NCBI RefSeq assembly: GCF_009914755.1
Contig: NC_060943.1
Length of the DNA stretch: 64,000 nt
DNA from: the human T2T-CHM13v2.0 reference genome, Homo sapiens
Direction: 5' to 3' (one strand)
Numbering within the stretch: position 1 is the stretch's first letter; the number at the start of each line of letters is the position of its first letter. The notes under the pieces were generated by a model that did not search any database, was not told where the DNA came from, and worked only from the letters and a program-made list of their open reading frames with translations. A program made the translations under genes and the position numbers. Positions 1 to 18,695 of the stretch are shown here, piece by piece.

Positions 1-1225
<1,225 letters not shown>

Positions 1226-1607
1226 ATGCTCATTGGAGGTGAGCATTCTTCCCTTATTGAAGATTACTAAAATCACATGTATTGAAAAGCATTTGGGATT
1301 ATTTACTTAATTGATGAGTACTCATTTATTTTTACATTTATTTGATACCACGTATAAAAAAGTATGGACATATACATATGTGATATGCGATACACCATAG
1401 AACATATACATGTGCACATAAAGATAGAGGGAGACAGAAATACTTCAGATTTTTTCTTTTAAAACTTTTTGCATGAACCCATAAAACTCACTGTTAAAAA
1501 AAACAGCTGGATTTAAATTGTGCTTTTGCAAAAAGCAAAAGTTAACATTTAATTGAGGAAGCCCTTGCTGAGTTTTAGAGAAAGTAGGTAGTAAATTTAC
1601 ATCTCAA

Positions 1608-1608
<1 letters not shown>

Positions 1609-1648
<40 letters not shown>

Positions 1649-1668
1649 AGAGATAGAGAGAGAGAGAG
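1609..1668. repeat. (CA)n(GA)n microsatellite
   Basis: Directly visible. Confidence 0.95.
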
Positions 1669-1814
1669 AAGGAATTTGGGTGTGTTCAAGGAAGATTAAA
1701 AGTAGTTGCCAAGGTAACACAAAAATGATAGAAATTTATAACAGGATTTTATAAGGAGACCAATTTTATTTACATATATAGCTTTTATTTTGGTCTCTGT
1801 TTTCCAACTGTACT

Positions 1815-2176
1815 CCAGGAAACACACTACACAGGCTCCCTTCTTAAGTGCTGGTGGGCCACTGCACATGCAGACAGCCCACTTTAAGGGAAGAATCAGG
1901 GGAGAAGAGATGCAGACCCCAGAATTATGCCAACATACAAAAGCCTAAGTCAAAGGTCAAACCACACACTTGAAATCTCATCGCCTGTTTGGCCCTGTTT
2001 TAAGTGTACTTTACTTTCTTTAATTTCTGCTCTAAAGCTTTTAAATAAACTTTCACTCTTGCTCTAAAATTTGCCTGTCTCTTCTTCTGCTTTATGACAC
2101 TTAGTTGAATTCTTTCTTCTGAAGAAGCAAGAATTGAGGCTGCAGCAGGCTTGTACAGATTTGCTGCCATTAATAT
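1815..2176 (+). mobile_element. MER50-like LTR, 3' portion
   Basis: gggaagaatcaggggagaag...aataaactttcact...gaattctttcttctga matches recalled MER50. Confidence 0.65.
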
Positions 2177-2589
2177 AGTTTAGTGCCATTCTACATGATA
2201 GAATATATATATTCTTATATTTATATATATATATATATATAAAATTTATGTATTCATAGAGGCCTTGAATCTACATTCTTGCTGCACTTTATGTAAACAA
2301 TCCAGGTATAAGACTAAAACTTATTTTGGAAATACATTGGTCCCATATGATTTCTATTTCATAAAAATGGGAGACAGGAGGGGGAAAATTATTTTTCAGA
2401 AGAAAACAACAGAACAATGGTTATTGAATTTTAGATCTGTTCATTTTTTTTTAAATTTTGTTATTTACCTACAATTTGGACTGAATCCTAAATTTTTTCC
2501 TGGCTCAAATTTCAAAACTAATGGTTTCAGAATTTTCTTCCATTTTTCTTCCATTTTGGTATATTATAAATTAAAACTGTGATTTTTAA

Positions 2590-3515
2590 ATTTTTATCTT
2601 TTTTATTACACTTTTAAGTTCTGGGATACATGTGCAGAATGTGCAGGTTTGTTACATAGGTGTACATGTGCCATGGTGTTTTGCTGAACCCATTAACCCA
2701 TCATCTACCTTAGGTATTTCTCCTAATGCTATCTCTTCCCTAGTCCCCCACCCCTCAACAGGCCCCAGTGTGTGATGTTCCCCTCCCTGTGTCCATGTGT
2801 TCTCATTGTTCAACTCCCACTTATGAGTGAGAACATGCAGTGTTTGGTTTTCTGTTCCTGTGTTAGTTTGCTGAGAATGGTGTTTCCAGCTTCATCCATG
2901 TCCCTGCAAAGGATATGAACTCATCCTTTTTTATGGCTGCATTGAATTCCATGGTGTATATGTACCACATTTTCTTTATCCAGTCTATCATTAATAGGCA
3001 TTTGTGTTGGTTCCAAGTCTTTGCTATTGTGAATAGTGCTGCAATAAACATATGTGTGCATGTGTCTTTATGGTAGAATGTTCTATAATCCTTTGGGTAT
3101 ATACCCAGTAATGGGATTACTGGGTCAAATGATATTTCTTGTTCTGGATCCTTGAGGAATCGCCACACTGTCTTTCACAATGGTTAAACTAATTTACATT
3201 CCCACCAACAGTGTAAAAGCGTTCCTATTTCTCCACATCCTCTCTGGCATCTGTTGTTTCCTGACCTTTTAATGGTCACCATTCTAACTGGCATGAGATG
3301 GTATCTCATTGTGGTTTTGATTTGCATTTCTCTAATGACCAGTGATGATGAGCTTTTTTTCGTATGTTTGTTGGTCACATAAATTTCTTATTTTGAGAAG
3401 TGTCTGTTCATGTGCTTTGCCCACTTTTTGATGGGCTTGTTTGTTTTTTTTTTCTTGTAAATTTGTTTAAGTTTCTTGTAGATTCTGGATATTAGCCTTT
3501 TGTCAGATGGATAGA
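2590..3515 (-). mobile_element. L1PA 3' end (ORF2 C-terminus plus 3' UTR)
   Basis: Degenerate ORF2 peptides WRFLKD...PLLGIYP; primate L1 3' UTR. Confidence 0.9.
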
Positions 3516-3984
3516 TTAAACCTTGCAAGCTGAAACTTGACGACTTATGTAAACTTCTGGAGAAATCATAGCAACTTATATATAAACAACCTTTGTGCCT
3601 GCTGATGTGTGGACTACACAAAAGGTACACATGAACACTGTATTCAGACTGCAATTCAGAAAAATGTGTCAGATTGCCATTGCAATTGGAAGACACTTCA
3701 GAAACTCTAGAAAACCTAGTCTATACAGTTAGAGCGATGTTTGCCAAATGAATTCCTCTAATTGAAGCAGCAGTTGTGTGACTTTAATAAGGTTCCAGGA
3801 TTATACTGTCCCTTTTTTGCTGTGACTTCCCTTTGCCCTTTTCTGAATTGTCTTCATCCCCTTTTCCACGGGGCATGACTTCTTAAGAATGAGCCTTCCT
3901 AGTGATGTAGGATCAGATGGAACATACAGTCACAAAGTCATGTCTTCTACAATGATTTCTCTGAAAGCTTTTGAGGAATTGAGG

Positions 3985-4275
3985 GGCCAGGTGTGCTGGC
4001 AGAGGCCTGTAATCCCAGCACTTTGAGAGTCCAAGGCAGGAGGATCACTTGAAACCAGGAGTTTAAGACCAGCCTGAGCAACAAAGGGAGACCATGTCTC
4101 TACAAAACATAAAATAAATCAAATTAGCCAGGTGCAGCGGTGCCTGCCTCTAGTCTCAGATACTTGGGAGGCTAAGGCTGGAGGACCGCTTCAGCCCAGG
4201 AGTTCAAGACTGTAGTGAGTACACTCCAGTCTGGGTGACAGAGCAAGGTTTTTTCTCTAAAAGAAAAAAAAAAAA
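3985..4275 (+). mobile_element. AluJ-like (paralog 60440-60731)
   Basis: Diverged Alu dimer with A tail. Confidence 0.85.
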
Positions 4276-6710
4276 GGAAAGGAAAAGAATAGGGTAAACA
4301 GGAAAGCCAAAGATCTTGGGCATCTCCAGATGTTTGCCTGAACAAATTGTTTTTTCTTGGCTTCAAAACCTTTCAAGATGCATATTTCTTTGTAAAAGAA
4401 GGACATACGAATCGTAACTTTAAGTGAGCAATCAAAATCTAGGTCCTAAAACTGAAGTATTTTAACTCTCATTCTGATAATATTTATTTTCTGAGGCAAA
4501 GAAGAAAGACAAGATTAGATCAATTGTTTCTCTGCCCACTCCATCTCTTCCAACTTGCCTTGTCCCCTTTAATCAAATGTATAAATACTAAGCCTCCTGA
4601 AACGTCTTCAGAGAAAACACAAGCCACAGAGGTTTTTTGCAACTCATGTATTCCCAGGGTGCACTGTCAAGCTCTGGCTCAATAAAACTCAATTGGTCAA
4701 GACCCTTGCCTCAGTCAGTCATTCTGGATAACCACCATGAGTCCTGCAAAGCCCTTCAGTAATCTATTGCCTGCCTAGGTGATGTGTACCTAGGTGAGTC
4801 AGATCTTCATGAGTCCAACACTCGTCTTCCTTTTCTGTCTTTCCCAACCCTACCACTCAGTGCTGTGTGCTCTGATCTGACCCCAGCTCCCAGGTTGTTT
4901 GTATTGGTCTAAGAAAGCAAGACCAGGAGGGGCAGGTTGAGAAGGAAGTAAGAGGCCAACTGCCATGGAAAGTGGCAGGTGGGGCTGTCATTGCTCAAAG
5001 CCACACACTCTGGGTGCATTTTATGAATTTTTCTGGATTCATAATCTTCTCCCTCTGTGTCTATCTAGAAACTCACCCTCCTCCTACTTTCTTCTCATTA
5101 CTCTTTCTGTTTCTAGTGCACTCATTTATGGCCAGAGAATGGCCATGCAAATAGTTGACAATAGAATAAAAAATGACATTTTGTGAGACTTGGAAGCTGG
5201 CCTTTCTTTTTTCTAAAAGAGATTGAGGTTTCTAAAAGCTAGCTTTTATGGAGGGCTGTGCAGTTATGATTGTAGTTTTACAGAACAGGTGCATAAGTGA
5301 AGGGTGAGACAGAAAACAAAATGCTGGCTGTTTGTCAAATCCTGAAAGTGAATGGGACAAAAATCATGTTTGAAGGAGGATGTCATTCAGGAGACCTTGT
5401 ACATCTTAGAGTGTCCTCTTACCAGATGAAGTGGAGGATGAGGTTGAATTGTGGGGTTAGGTGACAGTGGGTACATACTTCTCTGCCTCAGTTTTTGTTT
5501 TTTTTAATCTGTAAAAATGGGGATTGTGGCACTTGGGATCTTTTGGTGAGGAGTGTAGTTACCTGGAAAGCTCTTAGGATAGTGCCTGGTACATAGTGAT
5601 TCCTGCATCAGTGTGAGCTATTATAATTATGGGAATAGAAAAAGGTGCCACCCTGGACATCCAGAGTGGGGAGATGTTTTCCAGTCAGGGTCCAGGCAGG
5701 CCAGCTGGAGACGAAGCTGATTAGTGGGGAAGCTTAACTTCCAGGAGTGGAAGAATTTAGGAGGAGTAAACAGAATGCACAACATACTGTAAACATTCCT
5801 TTACCCAACAGTAGGAATACTCAGAGTGGGTGTGTCTTCCGTGGCAATCATTATCTCCTGGGAATCTAAGAATGTGTCCTAGAGTCAAATGGCTTTGATG
5901 TAAGCCAAACCCAGAAATGGGCTTCAGGGCTGCCTTGCACATAGCATTCATTCATCTTGAAAAAGGAAAGCATTCATCTTGCTAAAGGAATCCCCTCTTC
6001 TGGCCCAGACCATTATTTTTGTTTTTTTACTATCCTAATTTTAAGATGTAAGGAGAAAGACTGAAGAACAAAATAATGAAGTACATGAATGAAATAACAG
6101 GGTAGAATTGAGACTGGTATGTGTAAGTTAAGAGAAATTGTGTATAAATTTTGTGTGAACAGAAAATTGATTTCTTGTTGCAAACAGACCTCTCTACATA
6201 AATAATACCTCCTGCCTTGAGTGGATAGCAGACCTCATCACAAGAACATTCCAGCAGAGTCATGAGAGAATGGGTAGTGTGGCTTCTTTAATTGGCAGGT
6301 TAGACTGAGTAAGTTACTGAAGAGAAAGAAGTTGAAGGAGAAGATGGGTGAGGGCAAGAAAAATGGGAAGGTGAAAGGAAAGGACTGAAAGGAATGTTTA
6401 CCAAGGGCTCATCAGGTACCAGGCTCTGTGACTAATGTCTTACACATGTTAATTTACTCTTCCACTGTCATTTTCTGATGCGGTAAGAGTCAGTCTTACA
6501 CTACAGGTGAGGAAAGAGGCTGAGGGAGGTCAAATGAGTGGCCCAGGGTCATCCAGCCACTTCATAGCAGAGCTAGTGTGTTTCACTGTGGTTTGTGCAG
6601 ACAGAAAAGTGAGACATGGAAGGAAGGCAAAACATTTTTGTTGTGGGTGATGTTTATGAAAGTGACCCATATGAGGCAGAATAATGGCCTCTTAAAAATG
6701 TCCACATCCG

Positions 6711-7002
<292 letters not shown>

Positions 7003-7349
7003 ATCCACATTCTAACTCTTGGAACACATGCATTTACTTTTCTTGGCAAAAACACTGTACAAAGGTGATGAAGTTGAGTATCTTGAGATGGAAAGCTTAT
7101 TCTGGCTTATCTATGTGGCTCCCAGTGTCATCATAAGAGTCCTTGTAAGTGAAAGGGAAAGGCAGGAGGGGCCGGGTGAGAATGATGAGGCCTGAGAGAC
7201 TCCACTGGCCGTTGCTTGCTGTGAACATGTGTGATAAGACAAAATTACAACTAATTTAGTTATAGATGTAATTGGCTTTTATTTGTGATTTATGATTTGG
7301 GGCAGCTCTCCCTCTACAGATGCCTCAGCATCCCAAGTAGCTGGGACTA

Positions 7350-8360
7350 TATTGCAGGATCTGACCAGAAGCCTGCAATGCAATGGGGCTCTTTCTTTGT
7401 TCCCAGGCAGATCGGCAGGTTGAGAAATAAAAGGCACACACAAGATAGTGAAAGCCATATCGAGAGGGGTCACCGCCTTCTGGTCCTGCAATGCTGCCAA
7501 TGCACTGGATATACCAGCATTTATTATTAAGTTTAGTGAGAGTGGGGATAGGTTACTGAGGGATTTAGGGTTATTTATAGGCTCTCCACAAGGGTCACAT
7601 TCCATTCCCAGAGCTATGGACATCTGCTTTTCTGGGATAGGAATCTTGGTAATGTGAAACCTCCCTGACTGCATGTCCGTTCATAGGCTCTCTGCAGGGG
7701 TAAGCACATCATGTGCTGTTAGCTCATTCTGGCAGCCCAACCTGGCATTTGTCTTTACACAATCCTGCATGCAGTTTCATATTTACAATAATGAGGAGCA
7801 TTTCATCTTTTATTCCGTAGCAATAGTTTCAGGGGGTCTCCCTACATCTCCCCCTTTTCTCTGATTTCAATGAACCATAGCAATCATAGCTTGGCACTGA
7901 TCACGATTGGATTGAAGAATATTTTTTCCAATTTTACACATGAACAATAAACCAATAGCACAAACTGTCTAAAACTTCAGCACTGGGTAAAACAGTTAAG
8001 AGTGCTTGAGAAGCTTCAAAAATCTGTTCTTTTAGCTTCCTTATGTCTAAACTTAAATTATCTTCACTTCCTTGTAAATGGCATTTTACGATTCCCAATT
8101 GTGAACAGACTCATTATATTGGAATGGAGTTATACAAAAATCAGAAGTATTCCAATCACGTTGCATTTGTAATCTATGTTCTAATCTCATAATTCTATCT
8201 CCCATCCATATAACAGAAGCACATCACGCGCTGTAGGCTCATTCTGGCAGCCCAACCTGGCATTGTCTTTACACAATCCTGCATGCAATTTTGTATTTAT
8301 CATAATCAGGAGCATTTCATCATTTATTCTATAGCAATAGTTTCGGTGGGTCTCCCTACA
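7350..8360 (-). mobile_element. Collapsed betaretroviral provirus (MER11D LTRs / HERV-K11D, HML-7): 5' LTR U3 stub, env TM remnant, PPT, 3' LTR
   Basis: Both LTR starts TGTAGGGAGACCC (8360, 7846); PPT 7847-7860; env remnant [31 protein letters not shown]...[24 protein letters not shown]; 6-bp TSD GGACTA at 7344-7349 and 8361-8366, inside an Alu. Confidence 0.82.
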
Positions 8361-8525
8361 GGACTACAGGTGTGCACCACCATGCCCAGGTAATTTTTGT
8401 ATTTTAACTAGAGACAGGGATTCACCATATTGACCAGGCTGATCTTGAGCTCCTGACCTTGTGATCCACCTGCCTTGGCTTCCCAAAGTGCTGGGATTAC
8501 AGATGTGAGCCACTGTGCCTCGCCC
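8361..8525 (-). mobile_element. Alu fragment split by the provirus (other piece 7322-7349)
   Basis: Alu sequence is continuous across the GGACTA TSD. Confidence 0.85.
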
Positions 8526-9057
8526 ATAAATCACACATTTCTTTGAGTTTTTGTAATTCCAGCACAAGAGAAACCATTTGATGTTTGAAGAATGGCTGCA
8601 CACAAATAAAAACATCTGTGGATTGCGCCACACGAGGGAGACTACCAGTATGACTATCAGGAGGAAAATATCGAGTTTGGTATATACACCTTAGGCAAGA
8701 TGCAAACCAACTACAATAGGATAGATCAAAGAAGAAGCCAGAAGGGTCTAGTCATTTTAACCAGGCAGCACATTTAATGATTTTTACAACTGACTGTGTA
8801 ATACCCAATGTATTTATCCATATGCAATAAGAAGTGTCAGAAACTGCACAGGCTCCCCCCGTTCAGCTGATAGAGAGCAATTCTATTATCTAGCATTGCA
8901 TGTCTATGTTAAATTAAAACAGGGAGTGAGAATAGGCAAGTATAGAAGTGGAAGCCTAAAAAAATCTCCATACATTTGAGGAAAAAGTTGTGTTACAGAT
9001 GCAGCTAATGTCAGCCTTTGGGTGGATTAAAGGATCTCTTGGTATGTAAAAATGTGT

Positions 9058-9355
<298 letters not shown>

Positions 9356-10237
9356 GTGTGGTTGACATGATATATCTGACACTGTTAACTTACTCTCAGA
9401 AGCTACTTCTTGTGAAATCCTAAGTACAGCATTATTCTGGGAAGCAAAGGAGACAGGCATAAGCAAGGAGAAATTCAGAGAGGTAAGAGTCTCATCATGA
9501 TTGATAGTCTTGTTCTGACATCTTGAGAAAAGCTGTCCACAGTGTAAAGTCATCAACTTGTTGTCGTGGTTTGCAGTTTGAGTGTCTCTAAGTTATGGTG
9601 TTGGACATTTGGTGAGCTCTTAGTGGCCCACACCTCAGACATGAGGGTTTTCCCATGAAATTTACATTGAGTTGTCCACCTCCAACTTATATGGCTTCAG
9701 GAACAGAGCCACTCTTGTTCTTAATGATTTCATTGGAGAAAATTGAATTGGAAGAACTAAAAGAATTCAGGGTCCAGTCCAGTCTACCAGTGGATTATAA
9801 ATACTCAATGATAATGAACAGTGGTTCAATCTGGTAACAGGTGTACTACAGTTTTTCTTTTCAACATAGTTTTTCTGTCTATAGGAGTCTCTATTTTTAC
9901 CAAAGATAATTCCAGTAGGATGAATTTGTTTGCAAAATAGGTTGAGTCTCACCGAACTTGCCCAGATTTTTTAGCTAAGTGCGGCAAGAGTAGCAAGGGA
10001 CCATAGAGGCTCTTTTTAAACTTCTCTTTGCTAGAAGTTTTTAATAAGAATCTCAGATTAAACTTCCAAAAACCTCTTGAGACTAGGAAGCCAACCCAAG
10101 GCCCGCTTCAGACTTTGCCTGCATTCCCTATGGGTTTATTCTATGTATATTCTCAAATATAACATCCCAGTCAAGGCCTTGGTAATATAACCAATGTTTT
10201 CAAATGTGTCCTGTTATAAAGAGAGCAGATTCTTACT

Positions 10238-10691
10238 AAACTTGTGCAAATAACTTTATTACCATAAACATATGAATATTCATGAATAGATTCCCAATTC
10301 TGGGGCACTCAGAGAGCAAAAGCAAATGTTTCAATTTTTGTTTACAAAAGTATACTTTACCAATTGCTGAAGAAAAAAATTCATAAATCTGGAGGATAAA
10401 ACATTCAAAAAATCAGCACATTTTCCAATAAAAAATTATGAAAACATTATCCTTTTGTTATTTAGTCCAATGAAATGGAGTTCTTTTCTTCTTTGTCTTG
10501 AATTTCATGAAGGTATCAGCCTGTTCATCAAAATTTTGAAAGTTCTTAGTCCAGTGGTATGATCTTGAAGTTATCAGGAACTTGTATTCAAGAGTCCTTT
10601 TCATAGTCTTTTCCATAAATCTCCTTGAAGAAAAAGCAATTTTGGACTGTAGCTGATTTTAAATACTTTGAGGAAGAATCAAAGCAACTTT
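10238..10691 (-). other. PSG11: PSG11 terminal 3' UTR exon
   Basis: ttcccag| acceptor at 10693-10692; sequence matches recalled PSG/CEA 3' UTR; AATAAA near the end; cleavage position approximate. Confidence 0.8.
10255..10260 (-). terminator. PSG11 polyadenylation signal AATAAA
   Basis: tttatt on + strand at the end of the terminal exon. Confidence 0.75.
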
Positions 10692-10859
10692 CTGGGAATG
10701 ACAAAGATTTAAAATGACTATGTTTAAAAATCTAATGAGAATTTATTATGGTAAAGACACAGCTCACATAGAAATCTAGTTACTTCTGTGGCTTATGACA
10801 CTATGGTAACATATTTGATTTCCAGAAATTTCATATAATTTTTAGAACACTCATTTTTT

Positions 10860-11156
<297 letters not shown>

Positions 11157-12578
11157 TAGAATACTCATATTATTAACATTCCCATAAATATTATTTAGAG
11201 AAGGTTTAGCATCACTTATCCCTTATTTGAAAATGCTTTCTATATAATGTAATATATAAAATAAGGTGGCTTTTCCATTCAGCTTCTGTTTCTCAAGAGG
11301 ATTACTGAGTTCTTGGTGTAGCCCATTCATAAATAGGGCCAAAAAGGTATAGTCTTATGTATGTTGAAAAAGATCCTTAGGTAATTCCAGTACTTCTAGC
11401 TGAAAATCATTCATTTAGTTTTAAGTTCTACCTATTGCAACAAGAGTTCTCCATCCTTGTTACATGTTAGTAGTGTCAGGGAAGACTTAAAAATTACCAA
11501 TGCCTGGGTCCGTCTCCAGACCTTTAAACTGGAACTAATGGGTGGGGCTTGAGCATCCTCTTTTAAAAATGTTTTCCAGTGATTCCAATGTGTAGCTCTA
11601 TTTCCCATCAGATTTCTCTGATTTCTTGTGGCATTCAATTTTTTCTATTTTGGTATCATGATTATTTTCAGGTCTCATTTCCTGTCTTAGGCTTTGTGTC
11701 TCCTGGGGTGGGGCCCTTGCCTTCTTCATTTCTGTATGTTTTTTGAACACATGAACTGATCATCAGGAAAAGATCTCAACCACACATAGGTTGTGTCCTG
11801 AGTCTCAGGTTCACATGTTAATCCTAAAGTCTTTGTTCTCCACGAGGTCAGATGTTGCTTGTGATGAAGGGTGTGGTTAAGTCTGCAGTGCAGATGGTGG
11901 AAGGGATTTCACTCTGTTTTTAGACATAGCATTGGAACTAAGAATTTTATGTCTATATGGGTGAAGGGGCAGGGATGTGTAGGAAGACAGTTCTAATTAG
12001 GATGGAGGAATTATACTAGGAAGTAGAGGTAAAGGAAGTGAGAAGGCTTAGTAAATAGAAGAAATGTGAACTTATCAAATAGGCTAGTGTATACCCCTGG
12101 AGATTCTTGATTAAGTGAATTAACTAGATTTTAGAAAGGTAATGAGGCAGTTATATGCAAGGAACATTTCAAAGTCTGGAGACAAGAAGTCAAGCAATAC
12201 TTTGAGAAGTGGTTGAGCTTTATGGGAATGGAGAGAATTACACTATTGAGATATGTTAAAAATAATGAAGAAGGTTTCACCATGTGAAATTGTGTTTCTC
12301 ATTTGAATCTGAGAAACAAATGAGCAGAGGCTGGAGATAATTATGTCTAAAAGACAGTGGGGTACAGGGAGCATAAAGGCCAGGGAGAAAGGGAACTGCA
12401 GGAATTAGTGCTGAGAAGCAGGAGTTAGTGGATGAAGGAGGAGATCCAGGCCCAGATACAGGCAAATAAGTCATTTCCCTCTCCCAAGCATGGCAGTCAG
12501 CCCTGCAGGAACCAGGATAAGAGAAAAGGTCATCATACCTGCCAGTCTTCCTGAAATACAAAAATGACATCACGGCTG

Positions 12579-12622
12579 CTACGTTGGATTATTGAAAGCA
12601 AAAGTTCCTAATCCTGGAGGAG
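12579..12622 (-). CDS. PSG11: PSG11 C-terminal exon, coding part (APPGLGTFAFNNPT*); exon continues as UTR to donor at 12539
   Basis: catgacag| acceptor at 12624-12623; TAG at 12581-12579; CAG|gtatga donor at 12538; exon sum 64+366+279+255+44 = 1008 nt = 335 aa plus stop, matching recalled PSG11 length and C-terminus. Confidence 0.93.
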
Positions 12623-13463
12623 CTGTCATGGAAAGAAAAGAAAAGAAGGAATGAAGGTGATGTTATTTTACATGGGGGAGCGTCAGGAACAAGCATGTAA
12701 CATGAGATACTGTATAATTGTTTCTTCAAGGACTACATTATTTCTGTTGGAAAATTGATGGGAGATGATTATATTCTTGCAGTTTTTTTTCCCTCTCACC
12801 ATGTTTCTCAGTTGGTGATCAGTCCTCTGTCAATTCTCTACTGCACTCAGGTATTTTGGAAGGCTTTCAGACGTGAGAAAGGCTGATTGCTATTTTCTAT
12901 GTCATTGGAACTTGTCACCTTTGCACCTTTTCATGGTTGCATCTTTTTCTCAGTGTCTCTGTTGTGGCAGTCATGAATGAGACTCTGTCAGATCTCCATG
13001 GCAGGGACCTGATTGACAGAAGGCCCAGGTCAGTGCATTTCAAATTCACCACCTCCTTTGCACAGAAAGCTTCTTTCCTACAGGCTCCCAGGAAGGGTGT
13101 GAAAGCAAGCCTAGTTCTCTGAGGCTCTCTTTAACGCTAATGGGTGACTGGTTGGAGGATTCCTCATCAGCCTTGCAAAAACTCTTAGAATTGCATTGGT
13201 ACCTAAAACTTCTTTCTCTTTCTTTTTCACAGGAATCAGCTCTGCATAGTGGTCTGTGGGTTCTCCTGTACTACCTTCATGCCTGCCCCACATTCCCTCA
13301 CAGGTGTCTTCCGTGATAAATTATCGTTTAGGTCTAATCCCGTCTTGGATGCATCTCAGTTGGTAAAAACTAACATACCAGGCTTGATTCTTTGCAGTTA
13401 GCTCTTTATCTTTCTCTCCCACAAGTAGTCAGTAGCCTTGTTCTAGTGTTTTATGTGTTACCT

Positions 13464-13505
13464 CTTTTTCCATATATATATATATATATATATATATGGA
13501 AAAAG
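13464..13505. repeat. Perfect 42-bp palindrome CTTTTTCC(AT)13GGAAAAAG
   Basis: Directly visible. Confidence 0.9.
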
Positions 13506-13914
13506 GAAGGTACTGTTGAGGGGCACTTCCTATGTGCCAGGCCCTGTGCTAAATACTTTACCTGTATCTCATTTAATCCACACAATAACCCTGTGAGGTA
13601 GACATTATTTCCATTTTGCCAATGAAAAGACAGAAGCTTAGCGTGCTGTAAAAACTTTCCTGGTGTCATATGGCTAGTGACAGGTGGATCTGAGATTTGA
13701 TTCTAGGACTATTTGACCTCAAGGTTAATGATGATGATAGTAATATAGTAGCTGACATTGGTTCCTCTGTATGTGGCATCTTGTTTCATTGACTGCATGA
13801 AACCTTTAAAAGAATGGTACGAAGAAAACACTCTCATTGCAATTTTCAGGTGAGGAATCAGAGGTTCAGAGAAGTTGAGTCTTGTGCAAGAAATTTATAA
13901 CTCTAAACTCTTAC

Positions 13915-16830
<2,916 letters not shown>

Positions 16831-17663
16831 ATTAGATATATATAGTGTCTGGTAGTCTTACCCTCTCTATAATTACACACTTTTTGGCACTGCCCCTTTC
16901 CTGCCATGCAGAGCCCCAGGGGTGAATCTTCCTATTTCTCCAGCTCTGCATCAGTCACTGTACTCAGTGCTGTGTCCCACGTGCTGTGCCCACAGCCTCA
17001 TACAGCCAGTGACTTCAGAGCCAGGACGCAGCTCAGGAGTCTGCCCTGAGGTTGCTTCTCTTCTTATTTCCTTGCAGCCTGGCCCGGGGGAGGCTTGGCT
17101 TGAACTGGCAGCTCAATTTAGCCAAATTCAGGACAGGCCACCAGGACTCTTTCTCCACACATGCTGGTCCCACCCCAGGTTGAGTGAGGCAGGGCCAGTC
17201 ACCAGAGGAGCCCGGAGCAGAGCAGGAAGCAGAGTCTGAGCTGCTCCTCCCTCACCCAAGGGGCTTCCTCCTCTCATTTGGGGGAAAAGTGTGAGCTTGT
17301 TTCAAAGCCTCAGATGTTCCTTGTAGTTCATGGAAGAGGTACAAGAAAACAAAGACGTGACAGAAGGGGATGAGTTGGTGACAGTGAGAAGCAACTCGAT
17401 GTTCAGCACTCTCCTTCTTGTCCCTCTGTGAAGCCTCTTCTACCACATAGGGCTCAGGGCTGATAAAGCCCCCTCCCTACCTTTCTCAGGCCAGACACAA
17501 GGTCAGTCATGAGAAAACAGAAAAAAAAGGAGAAGAGAGTCTGTAGAGACAAATTGGGAGGGTTCAGGAGGAGAATTTGGGATTTGCCTGTGCCCATGGG
17601 ACACAGGCTGGGAATAAAAATGTTTTCCTGACTCTTCTCTGAAAGCTAGATAGACTCCACCTA

Positions 17664-18077
<414 letters not shown>

Positions 18078-18110
18078 CTATGTTCACTGAGCTGAAGCCT
18101 GAAGTATTCA

Positions 18111-18695
<585 letters not shown>

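Noticed and set aside
7860-8219. env fragment as a possible syncytin-like or suppressyn-like gene
   Set aside because: About 350 bp, frameshifted, no start or signal peptide.
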